This document shows, one piece after another, positions 28,916 to 39,385 of a DNA stretch of 64,000 nucleotides (positions are counted from its first letter, which is position 1; the number at the start of each line of letters is the position of its first letter). The stretch is from Arcobacteraceae bacterium (GTDB taxonomy: Bacteria; Campylobacterota; Campylobacteria; Campylobacterales; Arcobacteraceae), in contig OY759974.1 of NCBI GenBank assembly GCA_963662945.1, positions 1,632,001 to 1,696,000 on the forward strand. Reading direction: 5' to 3'. The position numbers and the translations under genes are program-made. The notes below the pieces were generated by a model. That model had not been told where the DNA came from. It did not search any database and saw only the letters and a list, made by a program, of their open reading frames with translations.

Positions 28916-30265
28916 CTAAAAAAGTTCTAACATCTTTACAACTTCATCTACTACAAAACATTTTAAATCAGTTTTCATACTAGGTTTTTCAGCTATGATT
29001 GCTTTTTTAATTCCTTGCGAATTTGCTTCTTTAAGACGTGTTTCCATACTATACACATCTTTGATTTCTCCTGTTAAACTCACTTCCCCTATAAAGACAC
29101 TTTCTTTAGAAATTGGACGATTTCTAAAACTACTAATAATAGCAGCAATTACTGCTAAATCACATGAGCTTTCTTTTACTTTAATTCCACCACTTATATT
29201 GATAAATACATCATAAGAATTAAGCGGTAAATCAAGTTTTTTCTCCAAAAGTGCTAAAAGCATATTAAGTCTGTTTGTATCAAATCCTGTAGCACTTCTT
29301 TTTGGATTAGGATAGGTTGATTCAGTAACTAATGCTTGAACTTCTAAAATTAAAGCACGACTTCCTTCAACTGCAACTGTTAAACAGCTACCACTTTGGT
29401 TTTTTCTTGAATCAAAAAATCTTCTATTGATATCTTTTGCACTTTCAAGCCCATTTTGAGTCATCTCAAAAATACCTATTTCACTTGTACTTCCAAATCT
29501 GTTTTTAAATCCACGAAGCATTCGTATCTCTTTACTGCTTTCTCCTTCAAAATATAAAACCGTATCAACCATATGTTCTAAAACTCTTGGTCCTGCAATA
29601 CTTCCATCTTTTGTGATATGCCCAATAATAAACATAGCTATACTTGCATCTTTGGCTTTTCTCATAAGTTCAAATGTGATTTCTCTCACTTGAGAAACAC
29701 TTCCTGGTGCACTGGTTAATTTATCACTATAAATTGTTTGAATAGAGTCTATAATGGCTATTTCATAATCTTGTCGTAAAAGTTCATCCTGTATTGCTTC
29801 AAGTGAGATTTCTGAAAGTAAGAAAAGATTATCTTCATTTGCATTGAGTCTGGTTGCTCGCATTTTTATTTGCCCACCAGATTCTTCTCCACTTACATAT
29901 AAAACTTTTTTACCTGTTTTAGCTAAATTTCCTGCAATTTTTAAAAGTAATGTTGATTTTCCTACCCCTGGACTTCCCCCAATTAGAGTAAGACTTCCAG
30001 GAACAACACCACCGCCCAAAACTAAATCAAACTCTTCATTATGTGTCGAAAATCGTGTAACATTATCTTGTTCAATTTGTGTAATTGGAATAGCACGTGA
30101 AGGTTCATTTGAAAGTTTATTGATTTGTTTTACAATCTCTATTTGTTCACTGCTAAGTTCTATAAAACTATCCCAAGCGCCACAGCTAGGACACTTTCCT
30201 AGCCATTTTGAACTTTGTTCTCCACAATGTTGACATTCAAATGTAGATGTTTTTTTCTTTGCCAT
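28916..30265 (-). CDS. radA: DNA repair protein RadA/Sms
   Basis: CQHC...CPSC zinc finger, GGSPGVGKST, KNRFG, Lon-like C-terminus. Confidence 0.98.
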   Translation of the reverse strand: MAKKKTSTFECQHCGEQSSKWLGKCPSCGAWDSFIELSSEQIEIVKQINKLSNEPSRAIPITQIEQDNVTRFSTHNEEFDLVLGGGVVPGSLTLIGGSPGVGKSTLLLKIAGNLAKTGKKVLYVSGEESGGQIKMRATRLNANEDNLFLLSEISLEAIQDELLRQDYEIAIIDSIQTIYSDKLTSAPGSVSQVREITFELMRKAKDASIAMFIIGHITKDGSIAGPRVLEHMVDTVLYFEGESSKEIRMLRGFKNRFGSTSEIGIFEMTQNGLESAKDINRRFFDSRKNQSGSCLTVAVEGSRALILEVQALVTESTYPNPKRSATGFDTNRLNMLLALLEKKLDLPLNSYDVFINISGGIKVKESSCDLAVIAAIISSFRNRPISKESVFIGEVSLTGEIKDVYSMETRLKEANSQGIKKAIIAEKPSMKTDLKCFVVDEVVKMLELF

Positions 30266-30340
30266 AATCTATAATCCTAATGATTTAATAATGGTATTAT
30301 AGTTAAAAGAGATTAAGAGTTGAAAAAATATTGCATTTTG

Positions 30341-31369
30341 TTAATTTGTTTTTTCTTCGTTTTGATTTACTTTAAGTTTATCCCATTTGAAGTTTAAATA
30401 TGGTGTTACGATATTATGAGATTTTTTATAGGATAAAAAATCTTCTTTTTTTGTTATTTCTTGGATGATATTTTCCATATTTTTAAGGTGTTCAATTTCT
30501 AATTCTTCTTCCAACCCTGTATGATATTTAAGAAGAGTATCAAAAGCAAAATTGTATTCAAATCCAAGTTTCCCTTTTTTATTTAAAACTTTTTTGATAA
30601 AAATCCAATTTGAAAATATCACTTCCCAAGCTCTTTTTTGTTCACTAGTAATACATAAAGAGAAAATAATATGTTTCCATTTAAAAAGTCCAAAATATGC
30701 TTGATGATTACTCCATAACTCTTCTATCCACCAATCTTCAAATTTTGGTAAACCTTTAAATTCTGGAAGATTATCTTCTTTGATATTTTCTTTAATATTT
30801 GAAATAAGTACTGAAAGATGTAACACTAATACTGGAATATGTGTGTTTAAAACACCCAGTCTACTAATATCCTGTTTTGATACATTTTTTAATAGTTTTT
30901 CAAAATCTTCTTTAATCTCTTCAAGTTCATCATCAAGTTCATCATGAATTCGTAAATCTAACTTTATCGTAGTTTCAGCAATTGCAAATACATCATCATC
31001 TTCTAGGTTAATATCTGCAGGAAGTTCATCAACAATCATCATAGCTTCAAGTTTTTGATCATTATCTTTAGAGATATCTCTTTTGAGTCTTACTTTTTGA
31101 TATTTAAAATAATTTTTTCTTTTGATAGCTTCTTTGAGACGTTCTTCTTTTTCTAACTCTTGAAGGTCGTGTTTCATTAATTCATTAAGAATCATCTGAT
31201 TTTTCTCTAAAGCTTCTTTTGATTTTTCAAGTCCATTCTCTGTAGAAGCAACTGCCATAATAGACATTCTTGTTTTGCCAGAGTTATGATCGTCAAGTTG
31301 TTGTTGAAGAATTTTTATTCTTTTTTGATTTTGCTTTATTAAGTCTTGGACTGCTATGATTGCATTCAT
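30341..31369 (-). CDS. Hypothetical coiled-coil protein, paralogue B
   Basis: 342 aa; shares PKFEDWWI.ELW.NHQAY, QxRAWEVIF.NWI and FEYNFAFDTL with its neighbour. Confidence 0.85.
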   Translation of the reverse strand: MNAIIAVQDLIKQNQKRIKILQQQLDDHNSGKTRMSIMAVASTENGLEKSKEALEKNQMILNELMKHDLQELEKEERLKEAIKRKNYFKYQKVRLKRDISKDNDQKLEAMMIVDELPADINLEDDDVFAIAETTIKLDLRIHDELDDELEEIKEDFEKLLKNVSKQDISRLGVLNTHIPVLVLHLSVLISNIKENIKEDNLPEFKGLPKFEDWWIEELWSNHQAYFGLFKWKHIIFSLCITSEQKRAWEVIFSNWIFIKKVLNKKGKLGFEYNFAFDTLLKYHTGLEEELEIEHLKNMENIIQEITKKEDFLSYKKSHNIVTPYLNFKWDKLKVNQNEEKTN

Positions 31370-31375
31370 ATTGAA

Positions 31376-32404
31376 TTATTTGCCTTTTACATCTTTATAA
31401 TTAATTTTTTCTCTCTTAAATATAGTATATTTTGTTATCAATTCATGACTACTAGAAGATACTAGTTTTGTAAAATCTTCTTTAGTAGTTAAATAGTTTA
31501 CTAGCTTTTCCATAGACTCTAAACTTGTTGTCGCTAACTCCTCTTCTAATCCACAATAATCCCGTATTAGTGTATCAAATGCAAAATTATATTCAAATGC
31601 TAATGCCCCTTTTGAAGTGATTTGTTTTTTTATATTTATCCAGTTTGCAAATATGACTTCCCACGCTCTTTGTTGATCCGATGATTGACATAAAGAAGAG
31701 ATGATTGTTTTCCATTTGTAAAGACCAAGATAAGCTTGATGATTTATCCATAACTCTTTAATCCACCAATCTTCAAATTTTGGAAAACCTGAAAATTGAT
31801 CTTTTCTATCCTCTTCTAAGTTTTCTTTAATATTTTCAATAAGAGTATGAAAATGTAAAACTACCACAGGAATTTGAAAATTTAAAAGCCCTAGTTCAGA
31901 TATCTGTTCATTTTGTAAATCTTTGATTAAATCTTCAAAATCACGTCTAATCTCTGCAAATGTATCATGTAGTTGTTCATGTAATGAAAGGTGCATTTTG
32001 AGCGATTGTTCAGCGACTCGAAATAAGTCTTCATCTTGAAATAGTATATCAGCTGGGAGTTCATCTAGGATAAGCATCGCTTCTAATTTTTCATCATTAG
32101 TTCTTAGTTTATCACGTTTTAATCTTATTTTTTGATAGTGAAGATAATTTTTTCTCTCTATCGCTTCTTTAATTTTTTCTTGTTTTTCTAGCTCTTTAAT
32201 ATCTTGTTTTAATAACTCAGCTAGCATTGCTTTATTTTTTTCAAGACGGTTAGTTCTATCTTCAATATTTGTTTCTGTAGAAGCTTTAACTAAGGCTGTT
32301 AACCTATTAACTCCAGATTCATGTTCAGAAAGTTGTTTTTTTGCAAGTTTAATATGTACTTCATCATCTTTTATCATCTCTTCTAATGCAAGTAATGCTT
32401 TCAT
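31376..32404 (-). CDS. Hypothetical coiled-coil protein, paralogue A
   Basis: 342 aa; AGGA RBS; paralogous to the downstream gene. Confidence 0.85.
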   Translation of the reverse strand: MKALLALEEMIKDDEVHIKLAKKQLSEHESGVNRLTALVKASTETNIEDRTNRLEKNKAMLAELLKQDIKELEKQEKIKEAIERKNYLHYQKIRLKRDKLRTNDEKLEAMLILDELPADILFQDEDLFRVAEQSLKMHLSLHEQLHDTFAEIRRDFEDLIKDLQNEQISELGLLNFQIPVVVLHFHTLIENIKENLEEDRKDQFSGFPKFEDWWIKELWINHQAYLGLYKWKTIISSLCQSSDQQRAWEVIFANWINIKKQITSKGALAFEYNFAFDTLIRDYCGLEEELATTSLESMEKLVNYLTTKEDFTKLVSSSSHELITKYTIFKREKINYKDVKGK

Positions 32405-32507
32405 ATCGTCATCCTATTGTTTAAAGTAACAAATTATTTTTTAACATTTATTCAAATAACGCTACATTATAATTAAAACTAATTTAATATAATATTAAGA
32501 AAGGTAT

Positions 32508-33635
32508 TTATAAAGTCTTACATTTTAAAATTACACCAGATTCTATGTGATTTGAATATGCAAATTGGTCAAATAATGCAAATTGTGTTATTTCATGTGT
32601 TTGAGTTAACGTTTTTAAATCTCTATGTAAGGTTTCTGGATTACAAGAGATATAAATAATTTGTTTAAAATTTTGTGCTAATTTTGTTGTTGTTTCATCT
32701 AAACCAGCACGAGGTGGATCTAAAAATAGAGTATTAAATTTATAACTATCTAAATTAATATCTTTTAATCTTGTAAATTCTCGCACTTTATTTATAGCTT
32801 CAACAAATTCTTCACTTGACATTCTAATAAACTCTATATTAGTGATATTATTAAGTTCACAGTTTGTTTTTGCAGATTTTATTGAAGTTTTACTAATCTC
32901 AGTGGCTAAAACTTTATTGAATTTTTTTGATAATGGTATGGTAAAGTTTCCACCTCCACAATAAAGCTCACATAAATCATCAGAAGCATTAATATTATTT
33001 AATACCCAAGTTATCATTTGTTCATTTACATATTGATTTGGTTGTGTAAAACCACCTTCACTGTATCGAAAATGGAATTTTTGATTATCTATTTTTAGTG
33101 TTTCATCAATAAAATCATCACTTAAAATAATTTTTTGTTTTCTACTTCTTCCAATAATTTTTATATGTAATTTTTCTGATAGTTTTTTTACCTCTTCTAT
33201 CCAAACTTCATCAAGTTTTTTGTGATAAATTAATGTTACTAAAATATTATTTGTAGTAGAACTTAAAAATTCACAAGAAAATAATTTATGATTTAGTATT
33301 TCGTTGTTTTGAATATAGTCAATTAAGTTTGGCATTATTGTTGCTATAGCTTGACTAACAATACTACAAGAGTTTATTGGAAGTGGTTTTTTATCAATAT
33401 CATTCATAGCATAAGAAAATTTTGGATTGTCATTTTTATCAAAAGTTCTCCATATTCTAAATTCTGCTCGATTTCTAAACGCACCATCTTTACTTTTTAT
33501 GATAGCTATCTTTTTGTTCCAAAAATTTTCAAATCGTTTTTGTTCAATATCTATTTTATAGTTGAGTTGTTCTTCATAAGTTTTATTTCCTAAAGTACAA
33601 CTACCACAAATTCCAAAATAATTACAATCCATCAT
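32508..33635 (-). CDS. trmA: tRNA (uridine(54)-C5)-methyltransferase TrmA
   Basis: FRNRAEFRIW, FTQPN, ELYCGGGNF, LDPPRAG, YISCNPETL. Confidence 0.93.
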   Translation of the reverse strand: MMDCNYFGICGSCTLGNKTYEEQLNYKIDIEQKRFENFWNKKIAIIKSKDGAFRNRAEFRIWRTFDKNDNPKFSYAMNDIDKKPLPINSCSIVSQAIATIMPNLIDYIQNNEILNHKLFSCEFLSSTTNNILVTLIYHKKLDEVWIEEVKKLSEKLHIKIIGRSRKQKIILSDDFIDETLKIDNQKFHFRYSEGGFTQPNQYVNEQMITWVLNNINASDDLCELYCGGGNFTIPLSKKFNKVLATEISKTSIKSAKTNCELNNITNIEFIRMSSEEFVEAINKVREFTRLKDINLDSYKFNTLFLDPPRAGLDETTTKLAQNFKQIIYISCNPETLHRDLKTLTQTHEITQFALFDQFAYSNHIESGVILKCKTL

Positions 33636-33694
33636 TAACCTTAAATCTTATTTTAATTTGTTATTATATCCAATCAAAATAAAAGGCAACATAT

Positions 33695-35284
33695 TTGAAA
33701 CAGTCATTTCAAGAACAACTTAATCAACTTTTAAATTGTGATTTAAAATCACTCTATCCTTTGGCTCGTGAATTAAATAGAAAATTATATTTTTTTGTAG
33801 GACCTACAAATAGTGGAAAAACTTATGCTGCTATGCAGGAATTAATGAATGCAGATAGTGGAACGTATTTGGCACCTTTACGACTTTTAGCATTAGAAAA
33901 TTATGAGTTTTTAAAAGAGCAAAAAGTACCAGCTTCACTTATGACAGGGGAAGAAGAGATATTTGATGAAGATGCTGGACATATTTGTTCTACTATTGAA
34001 ATGTTAAATTTTAACCTTGAAGTTGATGTGTCTGTTATAGATGAAGTACAGATGCTTGATGATGAAGATAGAGGTTGGGCTTGGGTAAATGCAATTCTTG
34101 GGACACCAGCACAAAAAGTGATTATGACAGGAAGTGTTAATGCACTAGATATTGTAAAAAAAATAGCTTCTTATTTAGGTGAAGAATTAGAAATAGTAAA
34201 ATTTAAAAGAAAAAATCCATTAACAGTGGATGCCACTCAAACAGTTTTACGAGATATTAAAAAAGCAACGGCATTAATTGCATTTAGTAGAAAAGATGTA
34301 TTGGCATTGAAAGCAAAACTAAGTAAATTTCATACAGTTTCAGTGTTGTATGGAAACTTATCTCCAGAAGTAAGACGAGAAGAAGCCAAAAGATTTAGAG
34401 AAGGACAAAGTGATATTTTAATAGCAACAGATGCTATTGCAATGGGTTTAAATCTTCCTATAAAACATCTTTTATTTACAACAGATACAAAATTTGATGG
34501 GGTAGAAAAACGAAAACTTACTTCCAATGAAGTGATACAAATTGCAGGGCGTGCAGGAAGATATGGACATCATGAAATAGGGCATATAGGTGCTACAAGT
34601 AGATCAGTATTAAAGCATATTTCAGAAATGTTTACAAGTCCAATGACTACTATAAAACCACCTGTAAAAGTTAAAGCTACTCAAACACAAGTTGAAGAAC
34701 TCTCAACACATTTGGGAACAAAAAGTTTAACAAAAATATTGCAATACTTTTCAAAACATATGAAATATGATGGGCCATTTGTGGCTACAAATATTAAAAC
34801 AATGATAGAATTAGCAACCATACTTGATCCAAAAAGTGAATTATCTTTAGAACAAAAATATCATTTAAGCTCAGCACCTATTAATACACGTTCACCTTTG
34901 ATTAAAAATGGATATTTAAAATATGTCAATGCTGTTTTAACACATAGAGTGATTAAATATAAATCAAGTTCAAAAACAGTTGGTATCGCAAAAACACAAC
35001 TTGAACTTTTACAAGCAGAAGATGAAGTAAAAAAAATATCACTTTATCTTTGGTTATCATATAAATTCCCAGAAATTTTTCCTGATAAAGACAAAGCACA
35101 AGTGGCAAGAATACAGATAAATAATTTTTGTGAAAATTCTTTAAAATCAAATAAATCCCTTACTCCTATACAAAGAGAGTCAAAAAACCATTCAAGAAAA
35201 AGATTTAATGATAAAGATAAAAAAAGTACGAATTATAGAAAGCGGAGAGATTCAAGGGGAAGAGGAAATAAAACCATTAAATAG
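33695..35284 (+). CDS. SUV3-like superfamily 2 RNA helicase
   Basis: GPTNSGKT, PLRLLA, DEVQ, ATDAIAMGLNL, QIAGRAGR; basic C-terminal tail. Confidence 0.9.
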   Translation: MKQSFQEQLNQLLNCDLKSLYPLARELNRKLYFFVGPTNSGKTYAAMQELMNADSGTYLAPLRLLALENYEFLKEQKVPASLMTGEEEIFDEDAGHICSTIEMLNFNLEVDVSVIDEVQMLDDEDRGWAWVNAILGTPAQKVIMTGSVNALDIVKKIASYLGEELEIVKFKRKNPLTVDATQTVLRDIKKATALIAFSRKDVLALKAKLSKFHTVSVLYGNLSPEVRREEAKRFREGQSDILIATDAIAMGLNLPIKHLLFTTDTKFDGVEKRKLTSNEVIQIAGRAGRYGHHEIGHIGATSRSVLKHISEMFTSPMTTIKPPVKVKATQTQVEELSTHLGTKSLTKILQYFSKHMKYDGPFVATNIKTMIELATILDPKSELSLEQKYHLSSAPINTRSPLIKNGYLKYVNAVLTHRVIKYKSSSKTVGIAKTQLELLQAEDEVKKISLYLWLSYKFPEIFPDKDKAQVARIQINNFCENSLKSNKSLTPIQRESKNHSRKRFNDKDKKSTNYRKRRDSRGRGNKTIK

Positions 35285-35289
35285 TTTTA

Positions 35290-35298
35290 TGGTATAAT
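35290..35298 (+). promoter_or_regulatory. Extended -10 promoter element upstream of glmU
   Basis: TGgTATAAT 27 bp before the ATG. Confidence 0.55.
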
Positions 35299-35325
35299 AA
35301 TTTTAAAACATTACAAAGAGACACT

Positions 35326-36648
35326 ATGGATAACAACCTATCAATTATAATATTAGCAGCAGGTGCTGGCACACGGATGAAATCAACATTACCTAAGGTG
35401 TTACACAAAATCTCAGGTCGAGAAATGCTTTATTACTCTATAAAAGAAGCTCAAAAACTCAGTGATGATATCCATGTGATTTTATATCATCAAGCTTCAC
35501 TTGTTGAAGAAAGTATGAATAAATATTTTTCAAATATAACATATCATATTCAAGATCATGAAAACTATCCAGGAACAGGTGGTGCTGTTATGGGGATAAC
35601 TCCTAAAAAAGAAAAAGTTTTAATTTTAAATGGAGATATGCCTTTAATTGAAGCTAGTGAATTGGAGCAGTTAACAGTTTTTAATGAAAAAGAGACAAAA
35701 GATGAAAAACTCACTATGTCTGTTTTGGAATTAGACTGTGCAGATGGTTATGGTAGAGTTGTTATTGATAAAGAAAATGTTGTAAAAATAATAGAACAAA
35801 AAGACTGTACTAGTTATGAGTTGAATATAAGAACTGCAAATGCTGGAATTTATTGTTTTGATACACAATTTTTATTGGAAAATTTACCGAAACTAACAAA
35901 TGAAAATGCACAAAAAGAGTACTACATAACAGATTTAGTTGAAATAGCAGTACAAAGTGGAATTAAAGTGCGTCCAATTGTAGTTAAAGAGGAAAATTTT
36001 AAAGGTGTAAACAGCAAATTAGATTTAGCAAATGCTGAGGTTATTCATCAAAATAGAATTAAAGAGAAGTTTTTACAAGCTGGTGTGATTATGAGATTGC
36101 CTGATACTATTTATATAGAAGAGGGTGTTTTAATTGAGGGTGAATCAATATTAGAAAATGGAGTGACACTACTTGGAAATAGTAAAATAGTTAATTCTCA
36201 TATTAAAACCAATAGTGTTGTTGAAGATTCTATTTTAGAAAATAGTGATATTGGACCAATGGCGCGAATACGACCTTTAAGTATTTTAAAAGATACTCAT
36301 ATCGGGAACTTTGTTGAAGTTAAAAAATCAACATTAACTGGTGTAAAAGCAGGTCATTTAAGTTATTTAGGCGATAGTACCATTGATGAAGGTTCAAATA
36401 TTGGAGCTGGAACTATTACTTGTAACTATGATGGAATCAATAAATATAAAACAATAATAGGAAAAAATGTTTTTGTTGGAAGTGATACGCAATTAGTTGC
36501 ACCTGTAACTATCGAAGATAATGTAATGATAGCAGCTGGAAGTACAATAACAAGTGATGTAAAATCAGGTGACTTGGCACTTAGTCGTACAAAACAAAAA
36601 ACAATACCGGGATTTTTTTATAAATTTTTTAATAAAGAGAAAAAATAA
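35326..36648 (+). CDS. glmU: Bifunctional GlmU
   Basis: LAAGAGTRMKS, EYYITD, GNFVEVK, HLSYLGD, hexapeptide repeats. Confidence 0.98.
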   Translation: MDNNLSIIILAAGAGTRMKSTLPKVLHKISGREMLYYSIKEAQKLSDDIHVILYHQASLVEESMNKYFSNITYHIQDHENYPGTGGAVMGITPKKEKVLILNGDMPLIEASELEQLTVFNEKETKDEKLTMSVLELDCADGYGRVVIDKENVVKIIEQKDCTSYELNIRTANAGIYCFDTQFLLENLPKLTNENAQKEYYITDLVEIAVQSGIKVRPIVVKEENFKGVNSKLDLANAEVIHQNRIKEKFLQAGVIMRLPDTIYIEEGVLIEGESILENGVTLLGNSKIVNSHIKTNSVVEDSILENSDIGPMARIRPLSILKDTHIGNFVEVKKSTLTGVKAGHLSYLGDSTIDEGSNIGAGTITCNYDGINKYKTIIGKNVFVGSDTQLVAPVTIEDNVMIAAGSTITSDVKSGDLALSRTKQKTIPGFFYKFFNKEKK

Positions 36649-37916
36649 TGAGATTATTAGAGGGAAAGAATATTCTTGTCGCTGTAACAGGAAGCATTGC
36701 TGTTTATAAAACTTTAGAACTTATAAGACTTTATATTAAATCTGGTGCAAATGTAAAAGTAATCATGACAGAATCTTCTAAAAAATTTATAAATCCTTTA
36801 ACATTTGAAACAATTTCTCAAAATAAAGTTTTAGATGAGAATAGTGAAGATTGGAGTTGTGAAACTGTCAATAATCATATTGCAATTGGAAAATGGGCAC
36901 ATCTTTTTGTAATAGCACCAGCAACGGCAAATACTATAAATAAACTTTCAAATGGAATAGCAGATAATTTACTTCTACAAACAGCTTTAGCATACCCAAG
37001 AGTAAAATTACTTTGTCCAGCAGCAAATACAAATATGATGCACAATCCATTAACAAAAGCTAGTCTAAAGATGTTAAAGCTTTGTAATTTTAAAATTATA
37101 AATTCAGTAACAAAAGAGTTAGCTTGTCAAGATATTGGTGATGGTGCGATGGCAGAGGTTGAAGATGTTTTCCATCAAACATGTCAAGAGTTGTTAAAAG
37201 ATAATTATTGGATAGATAGAAAAGTAGTACTAAATGGTGGTGGTACAATTGAAAAAATTGATGATGTGAGATATATAAGTAATTTTAGTAGTGGAAAAAT
37301 GGCGGGTAGTTTAGCAATTGCCTTGTATTACAAAGGGGCAGATGTATGTTTGGTAACTACTTCAAATATAGAAGTTCCAAATGCAGTTCATATAATAAAA
37401 GTTCAAAGTACAAATGAGATGTTAGAGTTTGTTAATGACAGTTTAAAAGTTGCAAGAAAAGGAAAAATGTCAAGTGCAACTTTAATGGATAATAATAATA
37501 TGCAACTTATTCAAAAAAAGCCTTTCTTTTTTGCAGTAGCAGCTGTAAGTGATTATATACCAAAATATCCACAAAATGGAAAAATTAAAAAAGATGATAT
37601 TGGAAATAGTTGGAATTTAGAGTTAAAACAAAATATTGATATGTTAGAAAATATTGATAAGAATGGTATTTATACTATTGGTTTTAAAGCTGAGATGGAT
37701 AAAAATACTGCAATACAAAATGCAACAAATATGCTTGAGAAAAAATCATTAGATGGTGCTTGTTTAAATATATTAGACAGTACAAATCAATTTGGAAGTG
37801 ATACAAATTCGATAGATTTAATTACAAAAAATAAGAGTATAAAATTCAATACTGCATCAAAGTTAGAAATTTCTTTACTTCTTTTAGATGCATTGAAAGA
37901 TGAGTTTAGTGAATAA
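36648..37916 (+). CDS. coaBC: Phosphopantothenoylcysteine decarboxylase/ligase
   Basis: VTGSIAVYK, APATANTI, IDDVRYISNFSSGKM, AAVSDY, GFKAE. Confidence 0.96.
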   Translation: MRLLEGKNILVAVTGSIAVYKTLELIRLYIKSGANVKVIMTESSKKFINPLTFETISQNKVLDENSEDWSCETVNNHIAIGKWAHLFVIAPATANTINKLSNGIADNLLLQTALAYPRVKLLCPAANTNMMHNPLTKASLKMLKLCNFKIINSVTKELACQDIGDGAMAEVEDVFHQTCQELLKDNYWIDRKVVLNGGGTIEKIDDVRYISNFSSGKMAGSLAIALYYKGADVCLVTTSNIEVPNAVHIIKVQSTNEMLEFVNDSLKVARKGKMSSATLMDNNNMQLIQKKPFFFAVAAVSDYIPKYPQNGKIKKDDIGNSWNLELKQNIDMLENIDKNGIYTIGFKAEMDKNTAIQNATNMLEKKSLDGACLNILDSTNQFGSDTNSIDLITKNKSIKFNTASKLEISLLLLDALKDEFSE

Positions 37917-38595
37917 CGAATTGATTCCCAATCATATTGCCATAATAATGGATGGAAATGGAAGATGGGCAAAAGAGAGAGGATTAAAAAGAACATCTGG
38001 GCATGAAGAGGGTGCAAAAGTTGTAAGAGATATTACTACACATTGTTCTAAAATAGGTGTAAAGTATCTTACTTTATATGCATTTAGTACAGAAAACTGG
38101 GCACGACCAAAAATTGAAGTTGAATTTTTGATGAAATTATTAGAAAGATATTTTCAAAATGAGTTATTAGTATATTTAGAAAATAATGTAAGATTTAAAG
38201 CAATAGGGAATTTGACAAAGTTTTCTAAAAAATTACAAACAATAATAACAGAAGTTGAAGAAAAAACAAAAAATTGTACTGGACTTACTCAAGTTTTAGC
38301 TTTAAATTATGGAAGTCGTGATGAGATAACAAGAGCTGTACAAAAAGTTGTTGAGAAAAACTTAGAGATAACAGAAGAAAATATTAATAATAATTTAGAT
38401 ACACAAAATATGCCAGATGTAGATTTACTTATACGAACAAGTGGAGAGATAAGAATTTCAAATTATCTTTTATGGCAATGTGCCTATGCAGAAATGTTTT
38501 TTACTCAAACATATTGGCCTGAGTTTACAAGTTCTGAACTAGATGATATTATTTCAGATTTTCATCAAAGAGAGAGAAGATTTGGAGGTATTTAG
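37900..38595 (+). CDS. uppS: Undecaprenyl diphosphate synthase
   Basis: HIAIIMDGNGRWA, YAFSTENW, IRTSGE.RISNYLLWQ, RRFGG. Confidence 0.97.
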   Translation: MSLVNNELIPNHIAIIMDGNGRWAKERGLKRTSGHEEGAKVVRDITTHCSKIGVKYLTLYAFSTENWARPKIEVEFLMKLLERYFQNELLVYLENNVRFKAIGNLTKFSKKLQTIITEVEEKTKNCTGLTQVLALNYGSRDEITRAVQKVVEKNLEITEENINNNLDTQNMPDVDLLIRTSGEIRISNYLLWQCAYAEMFFTQTYWPEFTSSELDDIISDFHQRERRFGGI

Positions 38596-39379
38596 TATCA
38601 TTATTGTAACAATATTTGGACTTATATTTGGAAGTTTTTTAACTATGTTAGTTTATAGATTACCTTTGGGTATATCTTTAATTAAACCCAAAAGATCAAC
38701 TTGTCCAAACTGTACACATCAAATAAATTGGTACGAAAACATACCTCTTTTTTCTTATTTGTATTTAAAAGGTTATTGTTCTCATTGTAAAACAAAAATT
38801 TCATTTATTTATCCCATTATAGAAATAATAACGGCAATTGTAACACTTTTGTTATTTTTAAAATTAGGGTTAACTAGTCAATTTTTTATGGTATTAAGTT
38901 TATTTTATAGTTTAATAGTTTTATCCTTTATAGATTTAAAATATAAAGCAGTTCCTGATTATTTACTTTTAATATCTTTAGGTATTGCAATAGCGTATAT
39001 ATTTACTTATAACATTGAAAATATAATTACAATCTTTATATTTGCTGGGGCAATAGTGATTTTAGAAATGTTTGTAACTTTTTATATACAAAATATAAAA
39101 TCAAAAATTGTAGGGGATGAAAGTTTAAAAGAACAAAAATCTTTAGGAGAAGGTGATGTGCCTATTTTTGCACTTATTGGTGGGATATTAGGAGTAAAAC
39201 TAGGAATGGTAGCTATATTCCTATCAGCTATTTTAGCTATAATTCCATCAATTATAAATATTGTAATGAAAAAAGAGAATGAGATACCATTTATCCCTTT
39301 TTTATCTTTAGGATTTATAATAGTATTTTTAAGTGAATTTTATATCTTAGATATAATGAATGTGATTTATGGAAAGTAG
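38582..39379 (+). CDS. pilD: Prepilin peptidase (A24 family)
   Basis: GSFL...YRLP, CPNC/CSHC, WYENIP, GEGD, PFIPFL. Likely TTG start at 38582; the ORF opens at 38543. Confidence 0.88.
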   Translation: MEVFSIIIVTIFGLIFGSFLTMLVYRLPLGISLIKPKRSTCPNCTHQINWYENIPLFSYLYLKGYCSHCKTKISFIYPIIEIITAIVTLLLFLKLGLTSQFFMVLSLFYSLIVLSFIDLKYKAVPDYLLLISLGIAIAYIFTYNIENIITIFIFAGAIVILEMFVTFYIQNIKSKIVGDESLKEQKSLGEGDVPIFALIGGILGVKLGMVAIFLSAILAIIPSIINIVMKKENEIPFIPFLSLGFIIVFLSEFYILDIMNVIYGK

Positions 39380-39385
39380 GGTGAT

